Shown: positions 24,641-38,155, counted from the first letter of the whole stretch. The stretch: 63,950 nucleotides of DNA, filler included, from Octopus bimaculoides (GCF_001194135.2; 11 parts of 10 records of this genome joined end to end with filler, not necessarily neighbours in it); one strand, 5' to 3'. Made by a program: numbers and translations. Notes: generated by a model from the sequence alone, not told the origin.

Positions 24641-25199
24641 GTATATNNNNNNNNNNNNNNNNNNNNNNNNNNNNNNNNNNNNNNNNNNNNNNNNNNNNNN
24701 NNNNNNNNNNNNNNNNNNNNNNNNNNNNNNNNNNNNNNNNNNNNNNNNNNNNNNNNNNNNNNNNNNNNNNNNNNNNNNNNNNNNNNNNNNNNNNNNNNNN
24801 NNNNNNNNNNNNNNNNNNNNNNNNNNNNNNNNNNNNNNNNNNNNNNNNNNNNNNNNNNNNNNNNNNNNNNNNNNNNNNNNNNNNNNNNNNNNNNNNNNNN
24901 NNNNNNNNNNNNNNNNNNNNNNNNNNNNNNNNNNNNNNNNNNNNNNNNNNNNNNNNNNNNNNNNNNNNNNNNNNNNNNNNNNNNNNNNNNNNNNNNNNNN
25001 NNNNNNNNNNNNNNNNNNNNNNNNNNNNNNNNNNNNNNNNNNNNNNNNNNNNNNNNNNNNNNNNNNNNNNNNNNNNNNNNNNNNNNNNNNNNNNNNNNNN
25101 NNNNNNNNNNNNNNNNNNNNNNNNNNNNNNATATATATATATATACACAATCAAATAAACATGTATTTACATATACTCATATAATAAGATGATTATAAC

Positions 25200-26018
25200 G
25201 AAAGTAATGCAAAAGTGGGCATTTTAAATTGATTGACGTAAGTTGTTGAAATTGCCCATCTTGTTAGAACAACTCTTCCGCTTCTCCCCCGTTGAAAGCA
25301 AATAATGGGTTCCAAACAGAAACAACGGACCGTTATTAAGTTCTTGGTTTGAAGAAGTGGTTAATCTACACGCGTCTACAAATTGTTTATAGAGATCACA
25401 CCATCAACAAAAGCAAAGTGTACAGGTGCATAACGATATTTAAAGACGGAAAAATCACCACTGAAGACCAACCACTCAGTAGGAGGTCAATAACTACGAC
25501 CACTAAAGAGTTGATGAACCGAGTCGCTCAAACGAGTCACAATCTGTGAGCTTGTTGTACAACTACACTGTGATCATAATGCATCCGATTTGAAAGAGCG
25601 AATGCTGGAGGTTTTATCTGATCTGCTGGAAGCGTTTAACGTGAATGAAGTCACGTTTTTTCGAACTACTGACTGAAGATAGATTATGGGCGTATATATA
25701 AGGATTAGTGCAAGAAATGGTATCAGTCCTCTTCTAGGCACAAGAAACGTGACGAAATCTTCAGTTGCAAAGATTTTGCTGACTGAACCAAGGCGAAAGT
25801 GACTGTGAAGAAGCTATTGTAACAGTGCACAACTAAATTTATTCAAAGGGGATTTGAGAGTTGCGTTTACCGACGGGAAAATGCTTCGTTTGTGACGGAG
25901 ACTATGTTGAATAATAACATTGAATAAAAGAAAATTTTCTCTACCAACATGTGCACTTTAAACACTATACGTCCGTTAAAAAGATTATACCCATAATACT
26001 TTCATTTTAACCCTCGTA
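25200..26018 (+). mobile_element. Heavily deleted mariner remnant
   Basis: QRTVIKFL / VYRDHTINKSKVYRCITIFKDGKITTEDQPLS (HTH); C-terminus RGFESCVYRR.KCFVCDGDYVE*; right TIR ...CTTTCATTTTAACCCTCGTA ending at 26018. Confidence 0.75.
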
Positions 26019-26068
26019 TTTAATCTTTAAGTAACGCAAAAAAAGCATCTTAAAAATAATAAAACAAA

Positions 26069-26137
26069 AATATGAATAATAGATCTTGTAAATGTGATAA
26101 TAGATCTTGTAAATATGAATAATAGATCTTGTAAATT
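26069..26137 (+). repeat. Three copies of a 21-22 bp minisatellite TAATAGATCTTGTAAAT(G/A)TGA
   Basis: Direct inspection. Confidence 0.9.
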
Positions 26138-26834
26138 TAATGTTTACAAGACAGTACATTCAAGAAACATCTACCGTACACACACAACCATTACCTTTGT
26201 AGCTGAATAACATTGTCAAAATTATTCTTGGTGCTAAACCAATATAGAGTTATTTAATTCTGTCTTGTAGTGCTCATTGTCATTTTTGTATAAACTCCAC
26301 ACAAACATTCCCCTTTGTTAAAGACTGTCTATAATATTCATTTATTTACCATTTATTATTTATCATTCACTTAAAATTTCTTTGAAATTTCTCACAGAAG
26401 TTTTCATACGAACTTGTATTTATGGAAATTTTATAGAACTTTTTATACAAAAAATTAAACAGAAATATTTTGTAGAAGCACATTTTGAGTTTTGTTGTGT
26501 CTGTGGAGAGTTTTCTTCTTTTAGTGCCTTATTATTTAACACACTTACCGGTAAAGTTTCCACTCAATTAATTATTTAGTTATTGTTCTACTCTTCTGGT
26601 GAGTGTGTTAAATAATAAGGCCTTAAAAGAGAATGACTCTCCCCAGAAACAACAAAATATGCTTCAACACACGAACTCACATAAAGAATCTTGCAAACCA
26701 AATCCAAAAATGAAACACATTTTGAATGTTTTTCAGAATTTTTTTTTATACCTTTTTGCATTGATAAATACTTATATAAGAACTTATAACTTCTTATCAA
26801 ATTTCCCCAACCGAGATAATTTTTTTATATTTGT

Positions 26835-27027
26835 TTCAGTCATTTGAATGCGGCCATGCTGGAGCACCGTGTTTAGTCGAGCAAATCGACCTCAGGACTT
26901 ATTCTTTGTAAGCCCAGTACTTATTCTACCGGTCTCTCTTGCCGAACCACTAATGTTACGGGGACGTAAACACACCAGCATCGGTTGTCAAGCGATATTG
27001 GGGGGGGGGGAACAAACACAGACACAT

Positions 27028-27075
<48 letters not shown>

Positions 27076-27235
27076 GACGGGCTTCTTTCAGTTTCCGTCT
27101 ACCAAATCCACTCACAAGGCTTTGGTCGGCCCGAGGCTATAGTAGAAGACACTTGCCCAAGGTGCCACGCAGTGGGACTGAACCCGGAACCATGTGGTTG
27201 GTAAGCAAGCTACTTACCACACAGCCACTCCAGCG
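26835..27235 (-). mobile_element. SINE family A, full length and young (CpGs intact)
   Basis: Minus strand GGAGTGGCTGTGTGGTAAGTAGC...GGTTCAGTCCC...(TA)n(TG)n...GCATGGCCGC. Confidence 0.92.
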
Positions 27236-27659
27236 CCTATATACATAAAGAAACTCCATAAGTTTATTACCAGTCTTCTGAAAATCGGGACTGTGTATTT
27301 TCAGAAGCGGCTAACACCGAATCAGCTTTGAATAAATAGGATGCTACTCTACGTCAGTGAATCGATAACTTTTTCACTTAATTGCAATTACGCCAGTTTG
27401 ATGTAACTAGCCATTATGTAGTTCTAAGTTTGATATAACTAGTCATTATGTAGCTCTCACCGCCGATCGCACATTGCAGCTTAGTTAAAGAGTTGAATTA
27501 TGAATTAACATCCAGTTCAAGACTGTGCCTATTTCGACACATTAAACTTGAATCTTATACTGAACCGAGGATGTCGGGACAAAAGAATATGCCTATTTCG
27601 ACACTTGTTCGGAAAACCACAAATAGCTACACAACTTTGATTCTGATATTTTCAACAAA

Positions 27660-29420
27660 GTGTGGCTGGTTTTATAAATGTGGACAGTTTCAAGTAGATT
27701 CCCAAAAATATTATAAATAAATTCAGTTTCATAAAATATCTTTGTACTGTCGGACAAAAGAAAAGCAACTGGTACGAAACTGATTGGCATAGATGCAATA
27801 AACTCTTCTGTAAAGGATAACCAACATTTCAAAAGAGACATCACTACAATATTTTCGACTTGATAAACCAAGAGCTGAAAAAAATTCCAAATTAGACATG
27901 GAGGAGAGAGTTGAACGCTTAGTACTCTACACACCTTACATAACTCTTAAAGACCACCTTCAAAACTTCTCCTATAAGCCTAACTAGAGATTACTGAATA
28001 CAACTACAAATGAAATTAGTAGACTAAGCCTTATAATCAAGACAAAAGAAACAAAGGAAGAAAAAAAATCAACAAAAGTTGTCTTCATAGATATATTGCG
28101 CTTAACCTAAGCAGTTGCTGTTATTTCTCCTTTAAAAAACAAATGTAACGAGTCGAGTCTACTATGTATCAACAAATTATTTTATCTAATTATTTTCATC
28201 ATTAATGTGTTAGTGAATAATATTAAGCACCTACTAAGTCCATTTACAGATGAGTCCATTTCACAAGAGTTTCTCAGTTAAACGGATACACTAATGCTAA
28301 GCTTCTTCATGGGTAGCATACAAGACATAATGAGAACTACTAGTAACTCCAGTAAACAACGCAAACGCAACGTACTATGCCTCAAATCCCAACTTAAGTC
28401 GTAAAAGCCTAGCAAACCTCGTCAATACCCTAACTTCAATATAAAGATGCTTCCTCCAACAACGGCCACAAGATGCATGAAATATTGAAGAAAAGAAAAG
28501 AAAAAAGCTAAACTACAGCTGCACATCTAAATTTGTAGCACACATAGCAAATAGCAGCACCAGAAACCTTTCACAACTCCAGCAACTCCAAACCGAGTCT
28601 ACATTAAACAAAATACTTATTCGCTAGATGGTCTTTATCTTATAAATTCAGTTGTATACCGAGTAGATGTCTTCACTAATAATAACAAGACAGCCAAATG
28701 CTACCTCACTTTAACAAAGAGCACTTTCAAATCCACTATACTAACATCATCACTTCAGAAACATCAATCGAAAAACGGAAACTAGCTTTTCTACAAAACA
28801 CATATTTAGTTAGGAAAATATCAATAGAACACTAGCTATAAGATCAAATAAAAAAGTATAGACTGCCCGACATTTTTGTTGGCACTCCGTCGCTTACGAC
28901 GTCGAGGGTTCCAGTTGATCCGATCAACGGAACAGCTTGCTCGTGAAATTAACTTGTAAGTGGTTGAGCACTCCACAGACACGTGTACCCTTAACGTAGT
29001 TCTCGGGGATATTCAACGTGACACAGTGGGACAAGGCTGACCCTTTGAATTACAGGCACAACAGAAACAGGAAGTAAGAGTGAGAGAAAGTTGTGGTGAA
29101 AGAGTACAGCAGGGTTCGCCACCATACCCTGTCGGAGCCTCGTGGTGCTTTAGGTGTTTTCGCACAATAAACACTCAACGCCCGGTCTGGGAATCGAAAT
29201 ACCGATTCTATGACCGCGAGTCCGCTGCCCTAACCACTGGGCCATTGCGCCTCCATACTGGCCGACATATATGAACAAAAAATAGGCAACTCCAGCCTCT
29301 ATACCAGAGAGAAATGAATATGCCATTTCATAACAGATCAACCTCGAACTCAAAATTGGAGTTTATTCTCTTTCGTATGCACAAGTCCAAAAACCTTTCT
29401 AAAAACATCAGAACTAACCA
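27660..29420 (+). mobile_element. Penelope-like element remnant (RT N-terminus, thumb/linker, GIY-YIG; RT core deleted), interrupted by a SINE C
   Basis: KLDMEERVE...PYITLKDHLQNFSYKPN*RLLNTT.NEISRLS; RKRNVL; NYSC; LDGLYLINSVVYRVDV...CYLTLTKSTFK; HI*L...YKIK*; after the SINE, NSKLEFILFRMHKSK. Confidence 0.8.
28874..29256 (-). mobile_element. SINE family C, full length, with a 12-bp TSD
   Basis: Matches 57384-57767. Flanks are ACTGCCCGACAT (28862-28873) and ACTGGCCGACAT (29257-29268). Confidence 0.92.
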
Positions 29421-30254
29421 GAAAGTTTAAAGCCTCATGCAACGATAATTCTTACTCTCCCCTTCCAGATATTCTGTTCTCTGCACCCAATTCTTTAAGC
29501 TTACATCCATAATCTGTATGGCATGTTCTAACTTAATATTTTCTGTATTAAACGTATATGTTTCAAATCCCAAATCCTGAATCATGTTTTGTAAACACAA
29601 CATTGAGTTTGCATGTTTGTGTATATGCGCTTATATGCGTAAATATTACTGTATGCGCGAGTATATACATGAGAGTGTCCGAATTTATGCATATTTGTCT
29701 ATGTATGCATTCTGCAGTTACGTGAACGTAAACATATGCATATGTATGCAGTATGCATATATGGATTTTGATGTACAGTATATTCCTGAGCATTCATGCA
29801 TGTGTTTGTGCACGCATTCATGTATGCATTTCCATATTTATACTTGTATGTGTATGTATATATGTTTGCATGTGAGCGTATGCGGATCATGTGTCAGCAT
29901 AAGCACATATATTGATTATATATAATTGAATGCCCATATAAGCATTTGCCAAAATCTCGTGCATGCCTGCGTGTAAAACTACGTTTACTATATGTAAATG
30001 TAAGTTACCTACGTGTGTATGTGCACATATGCATGCATAATGTATACGTATATATGTGAAAGTATGTGTGAAAAGTTGTACATGTGACCCTGAAAATGAG
30101 TATAATCATGAATGTGTAAGTGCGCGTGAGTATGAATTTTTATTCATGTTTATACGTATATTTTCTCATGGGGAGTGGAGTTCCACGGTTCTATCTTTCT
30201 CTCTTCATATAATTTTTTATACATATATCGGCGCAGATGTGCATATAGACGCAG

Positions 30255-30790
30255 GTATAGCTGTGTGGTAACAACTTTGCTTTCCAACTACATCGTTCTA
30301 GGTTCATTCCCACTGAGCGGCAATTTGAGCAAGTGTCCTCTACTATGCCTCATGTTGACCAAAGCCTTTTGGCAGACCGAAACTGGAAGATGCCCGTCCT
30401 ATATATATATNNNNNNNNNNNNNNNNNNNNNNNNNNNNNNNNNNNNNNNNNNNNNNNNNNNNNNNNNNNNNNNNNNNNNNNNNNNNNNNNNNNNNNNNNN
30501 NNNNNNNNNNNNNNNNNNNNNNNNNNNNNNNNNNNNNNNNNNATATGTATGTATGTATGTATGAGTGTGTGTGTCGTTGTGTCAACGTTTGCCCTTCACC
30601 ACTGCTTGACAACCGCTGTCTGTGTATTTATGTTCTGTAACTTAACAGTTCAGCAAAAGAACCTGATAGAATAAGCACTAGGATTTTAAAAGATAGGTCC
30701 TAGGGTCGAGTCATTCGACTAAAACACTTGTAAGCAGGGCCCCAACACGGCCTCAGTCTGATGTCGAAAACAAGTAAAAGATAAAGATAT
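30255..30790 (+). mobile_element. SINE family A copy with its internal microsatellite collapsed into a gap
   Basis: 5' and 3' halves of family A flank Ns at 30411-30542. Confidence 0.85.
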
Positions 30791-31127
30791 GCCTAACACA
30801 CAATCGTTATATGACAATTTTATACAGATGTATCTTTATACACAAGATGTATACTTATAGGACTGGAATATATTCTGTTAGAAAAAAATAGCCCATCTTT
30901 TATATAATGCATTTATCAAGCTTTCCAAATTTTGAAATAAGTTTCGTATGTATTTTAAATTACGTTTTCATAATTTAAAAATATCTTTACGTGATTCTAT
31001 ACAGAAATGTTTCGGACAGTTTTTTCTTATTCACACTTTCATGTATTTGGTATATTTGCATCTTCGGATAGCCATAGTTTATATATTCATGTTTCATAAG
31101 TGTTTTTTAAACGCATTACTTTAAACT

Positions 31128-32100
31128 TACGAGGTCTGTTCATTAAAGATTTCCCCTCACCCACTTCCAAAGCACTGGGATAAACGAAACATAATTATTA
31201 GTCTTTCTCTACATAGCCACCAACAATGGTGATACACTTCTCCCATCACTTTATGCAGCTGTAAAGATCTCGTCTATAGATGTCGGTAGGTTATGTCTAG
31301 AGCCAAGACTTTACCTCGGAAATAAGTTCATCATCATCTGAAAAGTGCTTCCCCTTCAAAAAAGACTGCACAGAGTTGGACACGAACCATCTTTGGAGGT
31401 GGGGAATTATTATGCTTACATTCTTTCGACTGGACTTTAGTCTCAGGATCATAGTGATGGTCCCATGTTTCATCCTGTGTGATAAGTCTACCGAAAAAGT
31501 CCTCCTCGTTTTCTTGGCATATTACCTGGGAGCAATTGACTCGTTCCTGCTTCTGAAAAGGTGACAGCATCCGGGGAACCCTTCGTGCAGACAACTTCCG
31601 GATGTGCAAATGGTCGTGAATGATTTTTTTCCATGTAACCTACACTATCTTCACTTCTTGAGTTAATTGCCGATTAGTTATTTGGCGATCCTCCAAAATG
31701 GCGGCTTCCACTTTATGAATGGTATCATCCTCAATGGTGGAATGTGGTCATCCAGAAAACAGTTTCCACCGATACCCCACCACATTTGAATTAGCGATGC
31801 CAGTGCTTGACTACGCCGTATGATGGTGTTTCGTCACCATAATCTTCTTTCTTTTCATCGAAAATCTCTTTTGATGTACGACTTTTCAAGTACAAGAACC
31901 TGATCACTGATCTGCATTCAACTGCCTCCATTATAACACTTTGTCCACTTCAGCAGCCGTAAAAGACAAACGAATACTAGTGAAAAGCTGCAATTTACAA
32001 TATGACAGGTAGAGACATATTTCATTTTACCTGCACGATTTCCGTTTCCTGCAATGACAGGAAATGCGTCAGAAGAAATCTTTATTGAATACCCCTCGTA
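31128..32100 (-). mobile_element. Mariner element with both TIRs, internally deleted transposase
   Basis: TIRs TACGAGGTCTGTTCATTAAAGATTTCC (31128) and AGAAATCTTTATTGAATACCCCTCGTA (32074-32100), 22/27 match. Translation YGDETPSYGVVKHWHR, RKLSARRVPRML, RLITQDETWDHHYDPETKVQS. Confidence 0.92.
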
Positions 32101-33059
32101 TAAGCTTACAAGTACGTTCTGTTTGACGTGAATGACTCTATGAGAATATATGCTTAAATAAATACAGATACGTGTGTTTGTATGCGAATATTTAACGTAA
32201 GAAAGGCTCGATTTTAGCACTGCAAAACTTCTAAGATTCAAAATAAGAGTATATGAATATTTAAACAATGTTGGCTACAAAACACTCTCTTCAAGAAACC
32301 ACGTTATGGTTCACAAATTGTTACAATTCAAAATTGTGAATCATAAGGATTTTAGCCAAATCACACATAGTATCATCAATTCCTTTTGCTGCCAAAGCTA
32401 ATAAATATTCATTTGTTTGTTATACTATTCACAAATAAAACAGTATCATTTCCTACTGTTAAAATGTCTCCGTATTGCCTAAACGCCTATATCAAATATT
32501 TACTGTCAGATATTTGAAAGTTCCATCTATATTTTTTCACATATTAATTATAGAATCGTTATAGAAAGTTTTACAGAAACATTTTCCAGAAACTTTTAAC
32601 AGAAACACTTTTGCTATAGAATTGTTTTGCCCGGAGAAAGTTTTATACTATTTTATACTATTTTAGAATATTCACACAAGGCATCTGTTTCTTCTATACT
32701 TTCCAGTCCTCTTACTTTCTGTAGGAAATAAAAATCCTCAACCGAGAAGTTTGTAGATAAGTTTCAGACCTATTTCATCAATTACATGAACATCTAAGAT
32801 GCAAAACTCCAACTAGTGACTGACCCAAACAAGACTATTGCACTCTGTACCACTCTACCTCATTGACGTGAATAGTTTCTTTCAAACAATTTCATTCGAA
32901 AGCCGTAAAATACTGCTTTCATATGTATGTACGTCTGCGTGCGTGAGTATGTGTGCGTATGAGTGTGTGCTGGTGTGTGTGTTCATATATACGTATATAT
33001 TCTGTTAGACACACACACATACACGCATGTGCACACATACACATAGACAAATGTATATT

Positions 33060-33090
<31 letters not shown>

Positions 33091-33197
33091 NNNNNNNNNN
33101 NNNNNNNNNNNNNNNNNNNNNNNNNNNNNNNNNNTTAATTAATTAANNNNNNNNNNNNNNNNNNNNNNNNNNNNNNNNNNNNNNNNNNNNACGTTAG

Positions 33198-33338
33198 ATG
33201 TCCCCATGGTCTTTCTATTTGTGCACCCGAGGGAAGGACGAAGAATGTTGTCTACCAAGAGGACTCCAATGATAACAACGGCAACTTCAACTGCTCCAAT
33301 TTCAACTCCGCAATTTTTTCATCGTCTTGCCAGCCCAC
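33198..33338 (+). CDS. Candidate 141-nt internal coding exon of an unidentified gene
   Basis: TTAG acceptor at 33194-33197, strong donor AC|GTAAGT at 33339, length divisible by 3, open in two phases (VPMVFLFVHPREGRR... or CPHGLSICAPEGR...). The polypyrimidine tract is hidden by the adjacent gap. Confidence 0.3.
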
Positions 33339-33885
33339 GTAAGTCCAGTCTTGCTTTGTTCTCCTTACTAACTCACCATGACATTCATTTTGTTCTACCA
33401 AGATCCGTCGCCCAAACACCACTTCGTATCCACTTCTTCCTCATTTCTCTCTTCGCGTCGTTTTCTGACCGGGTGAAACCGGGTTTAGCTGCTAGTATAT
33501 ATATATATATGTATATATATATATACTAGAGTGTAACCCATCATATAACGGGCAACTTGAGAAATATGTTTTTGCCACCATGGGGAAATATCAAGATACA
33601 TGACATACATAAAATAATTATAATTTAACTTTTATTTAATTTCCTGCTTTTTATACAAAATAATGAAATGAAAACTAATTTTCAAAAGAAAAATATTTAT
33701 TACCTTAAACAAACAAGTCAAATTTCTCATTTGTGTATTTGCAATAAATAGGTTGATTTTTTTTCTAAGTTTTATCAATCTAATCGTAATTTACTCCATA
33801 GAAAACCTGGCTCTGAGAAGTTTCGTTTAAAAACGTGTTTTTCAGAAAGCTATCGATGCCTGTCACCGAATCTAGTATGATTTAT

Positions 33886-33918
<33 letters not shown>

Positions 33919-34104
33919 TTATCTATCAATCTATCTATCTATCTATCTCTCTATCTCTTTTCTTTCTTTCTTTCTTTCTTTCTATTACACACGCACATAC
34001 ACACACACTCTCTCTCCCCCTCTCTTTGTAAGATATAAAGTGTAGCTGGAGAAATCAATCATCGAAGCATCCAGCATTTGTATCGATTATTATTAAACAG
34101 TCAT

Positions 34105-34250
34105 GCAAATTTTACATCCTGAGTTCAAATGCCACCGGGGTCGATAAAATAAGTACCAGTCGATCACAGGAGTCGATGTAATCAACTGAACCTCCACCCC
34201 ACCCCCTAAAAAACATTACTGGCCTTGTGTCAAAATTTGAAAATAATATT
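34105..34250 (+). mobile_element. SINE family B, degenerate and partial
   Basis: CTGAGTTCAAATGCCACCGGGGTCGATAAAATAAGTACCAG...GGCCTTGTGTCAAAATTTGAAA. Confidence 0.75.
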
Positions 34251-34659
34251 GAATTTCTTTCTTCTACGCTGCGATTTGTTGTACGGCACAGGTCGACTCT
34301 GTCATTAACTTCTTAACGTTCTGAGATCGATAAGTCCCTATCAAAGTATTACAATCTTCCCTGCCTCATGTCTCATGCCAAACTAACAATTTATCGATCA
34401 CATACTAGATTCTAGTATTCATATTATTATAAAAGGAGGAATTGAATTTACGTAAGACTCACCCTTCACATTAACACGAAAATTTCCTTGATTTCCATTT
34501 AAGACATTGTGAAGTAAATAATATATTTCCATAACTTAGAGAATAAAATACTAAAAAAAAATCGAATGCCACATTATGAAGATCCTATAAGTTATTTCCT
34601 TATATTCTGAATTAATATTTTACCGTTTCCTTTTTCCATTACTCAATAAATTCCCAACT

Positions 34660-34817
34660 TCTGTCTTTACGTTCTGAGTTCAAATTCCGCTGAAGTCGAC
34701 TTTTCTTTCATCCTTTCGTGGTCGATAAATTAAGTACCAGTTGCATATTGGGGTCGATCTAATCGACCGGCCCCTTCCCCCCAAATTTCGGGTCTTGTCC
34801 CTAGAGTAGAAAAGAAT
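34660..34817 (+). mobile_element. SINE family B, 5'-truncated
   Basis: ACGTTCTGAGTTCAAATTCCGC...CTAGAGTAGAAAAGAAT. Confidence 0.85.
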
Positions 34818-35854
34818 AAATTGTCAACTTGCAGTACTTGGAATGTTTATGGAAGCAACTGTTTCCCCAATTCTGGAGAAATTTATGAACTGGGCCCTAA
34901 TAAGGATCCATTATATGGTTTGTATCAAATTTACTTTGGTTATGTGTTAATCATTTTATGCTTTAATAATCAGAAGAACTAAAAGAGTCAAACATCGGAA
35001 TATTCAGTCATGTGACCAGAGTTCATCGTCTGCAACCATCATTTTGTTGTGAAAGCAAAGGCAGAACACCTCCATCTTATGGGGTTTTTTCTTTTCAAAA
35101 TAAATACACGGATAACACAGAAGAAATCATAGAAAAGTGTTCGGTCCCAGAGGAACATTGTGTATTCTTTGCTCAAAGTTCCACATCTTCATTGATTTGA
35201 ATTTAGTAGACGGCCAAATAATTAAGTTAGCGACACCACACACAAGACAACTCTCAAAAGATCCAACTCATTTAGTTTTAAACAGAAATCATAAAGTAGT
35301 AACGACTCTCTACTGTAGACAGCAACAACGGATCAAATGTATCTTCTTTCTTCACAGTAATGAGTTCAATTCCTATAACGAGTGTAAGCTATGTTAATGT
35401 ACTTAGGAAAGGCATAAACATCACAAATTCCATTTATCCACCTTCTGAACTCAACGACACTAGGAGCCAATGAAACAGTGCTGCCACCGACTTCCCAACG
35501 CAAGCTGTTCCCTCATTGTGGTTCTCCCCGTGATGGATATCTCAGGTCGCCAACAAAGTCAAGCAATTGACTGCAACATTTATCGCCCTACTCCATAGAA
35601 TAAGTAAATAATTATTGCAAGTTATTTAGGTTTTATTTAAACCCCTTGTTTATGTAATAGAAGTTGTTTTAATTTTAGTTTCTTTCTGATCGTTTACTGC
35701 TTGGCTGTTGGTCATAAAATTTAACGTAATGTCGCAGAAAGTCTGTATAACGTGGACAATAAACTAGAAACTGTTCTGGTTAATGGTGTTAACAGTTAAA
35801 GCTTGTTATGAGAGTTATGGGCTGTACTTTGACGGTTCAGAGAGTGAAAGGGGA

Positions 35855-35891
<37 letters not shown>

Positions 35892-36494
35892 AATGTAAGA
35901 AAGACTGATAAACAAGGGCATTCATACATTTACACACATACATACATGCATACATACATACACACATACATACACACATACATACACACATACTGGCACG
36001 CAGGCATTCAGACATATATACGTACATAGCATACATACGTGCATGCATAATTGGGGTGGGGTGAAGCACATACAAAAANNNNNNNNNNNNNNNNNNNNNN
36101 NNNNNNNNNNNNNNNNNNNNNNNNNNNNNNNNNNNNNNNNNAAAAAGGGGAAGGAGAGAAAGTGTGGGTGACTCGGTGAAGAACGAGATACGGGGGGGGG
36201 GGAGTGGAGAGGAAAGAAGGATATTGGCAAAGAGTGGAATATGCGCGTGCGTGTAAAAGGAAGAAGTGTTGCAGAAAGGGAGAAAGAGGGAGAGGTGAGA
36301 GAGCGAGAGAAAGAGAGAGAGAGAAAGACAGAGAGAGAGAAAGACACAGAGAGAGAAAGACAGAGAAAGGAAGAGAGAGAGAAAGAAAGAAAGAAAGAAT
36401 GAATGAGAAAGAAAGAGAGCGAGAGAGAGAGAAAGAAAGAGAGAATGAAACAGGTAAACTACAGAGTAAAGAGTGAATACATTAATGTTCCTGT

Positions 36495-36698
36495 GTTTCA
36501 TAGTCAAAAGCCTAGTAATTTTGGAGGAGGGAGTAAGTCGATTACTACATCAACCCCAGTATCTAACTGGTACCTATTTTATCGACATCGGAAGGATGAA
36601 AGGCAAAGTAAACCACGGCGTAATTTGAACTCAGAATGTAAAGACGGATGAAATGCTGCTGAACATTTTGCCCGGCGTGCTAACGATTCTGGTAGCTC

Positions 36699-36699
<1 letters not shown>
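36495..36699 (-). mobile_element. SINE family B
   Basis: Reverse complement of the family B consensus. Confidence 0.85.
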
Positions 36700-36730
<31 letters not shown>

Positions 36731-36769
36731 TAACAACAATAACAACAACAACAACAACAATAGAAGGAT

Positions 36770-38155
36770 CCAACCAAAATTTACCAGAACAAGCATGGGA
36801 AGACATCACAATAGCAGACCTAAGGATGACATTCACGAAGGCTCATAAGTGGAAATCCCCCGGTAATGATAGGGTGCCAAATTTCTGGCTCGCATTGCTC
36901 CCATGCGCTCGCGAAAAGTTAGTTCAGCTACTCAATGAAATTATGAGAGGCCCTAAGAAAACCCCTGATTGGTTAACAAGTGGTATTATTTACCTTCTTC
37001 CAAACAATAATGAAACCAAATTTCTCCAAAGCTATCGGCCCATAACCTGTCTATCTAGTATGTATAAAATTTTAACATCCATCTTCGTGCAGAAAACCAT
37101 ACGCCTTTACGAGACAGAACGATATTTTCCCCACTGAACAAAAAAGGGTTCCGACGGGACTCATATGGATGCAAAGACCAACTCCTAATCAATCACATGA
37201 TCTTTGAGAAGTGTCATAACAAACGCAGAAATCTCAGTTCCGCATGGATTGATTATAAAAAGGCCTTTGGCAGCGTACCGTATTCATGGATCTTGAAATC
37301 CCTGGATATCTTCAAAATTTCTCCTGTGATTTGAAATTTCCTGAAGCACATGTCAGTGTGCAATACGAATCTCTATTAATACTATTCTAATGGAGTACTG
37401 ACCACAAAAACATTAATATCACCTGTGACATTGTTCAAGGTGACTCTGATCTTTAATTTTTTGCATAGCCCTAATATCCCTTACAAGTGAACTTAACAGA
37501 ACAGAGCATGGGTATAAAATTGACAAGATAATAAACCATCTATTTCACATGGATAACTTAAAACTCTATGGCAAAGACGATAATGAGCTTGAAGGACTAC
37601 TGCGTAATGTGAAGACGTTCAGTGATGAGATCGGGATGAACTTTAGTTTTGATAAATGTACCAAGGTCACTTTCCAGAAAGGGAAATTAACGACCTCACA
37701 TTCAGTGGTGTTAGATGTTGACACATAACAGAACTCGGACAGGAACAAACTGACAAATACCACGGAATAAACGAGGGTTTTGGCATTCAGCATGCAAGCA
37801 TGAAAGAGAAGATCAGGAAGGAATGTTACAGGAGAGTTCGAGCAATCCAAAAATATGAGTTAAATACACATAACAAAGTGTTAGCCATAAATTCCTTAGC
37901 AGTTCCGGTTATTTATAGTTTCAATGTATTGAAATGGAATATCAACGAAACAAAGATTGACAGGAAAATCCGTAAGCTGCTGACTTGCAATAAAATACAC
38001 CAACCGAAGGCAGACACAGATCGTCTTTACTTACCCAGAGCCCAAAGAAGTCGAGGCTTGACCCAATTTGAAATCTCTTACAAAACCACCACAATTAGAC
38101 TGGCCAAATATCTTGAAACATCTAATGACTGGATGCTACAACTCTTTAGAAACCG
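36770..38155 (+). mobile_element. R4/Dong-type LINE reverse transcriptase remnant starting at an (AAT)n(AAC)n array
   Basis: KAHKWKSPGNDRVPNFWL, YRPITCL, EQKG.RR.SYGCKDQLLIN, AWIDYKKAFGSVP.SWI, QGDS, NHLFHMDNLKLY (YMDD motif), NKVLAINSLAVPV, KADTDRLYLPR...RGL. Confidence 0.93.

Noticed and set aside
27526-27604. 15-bp direct repeat TGCCTATTTCGACAC upstream of the PLE fossil
   Set aside because: No hammerhead core or other structure is associated; likely a small local duplication.
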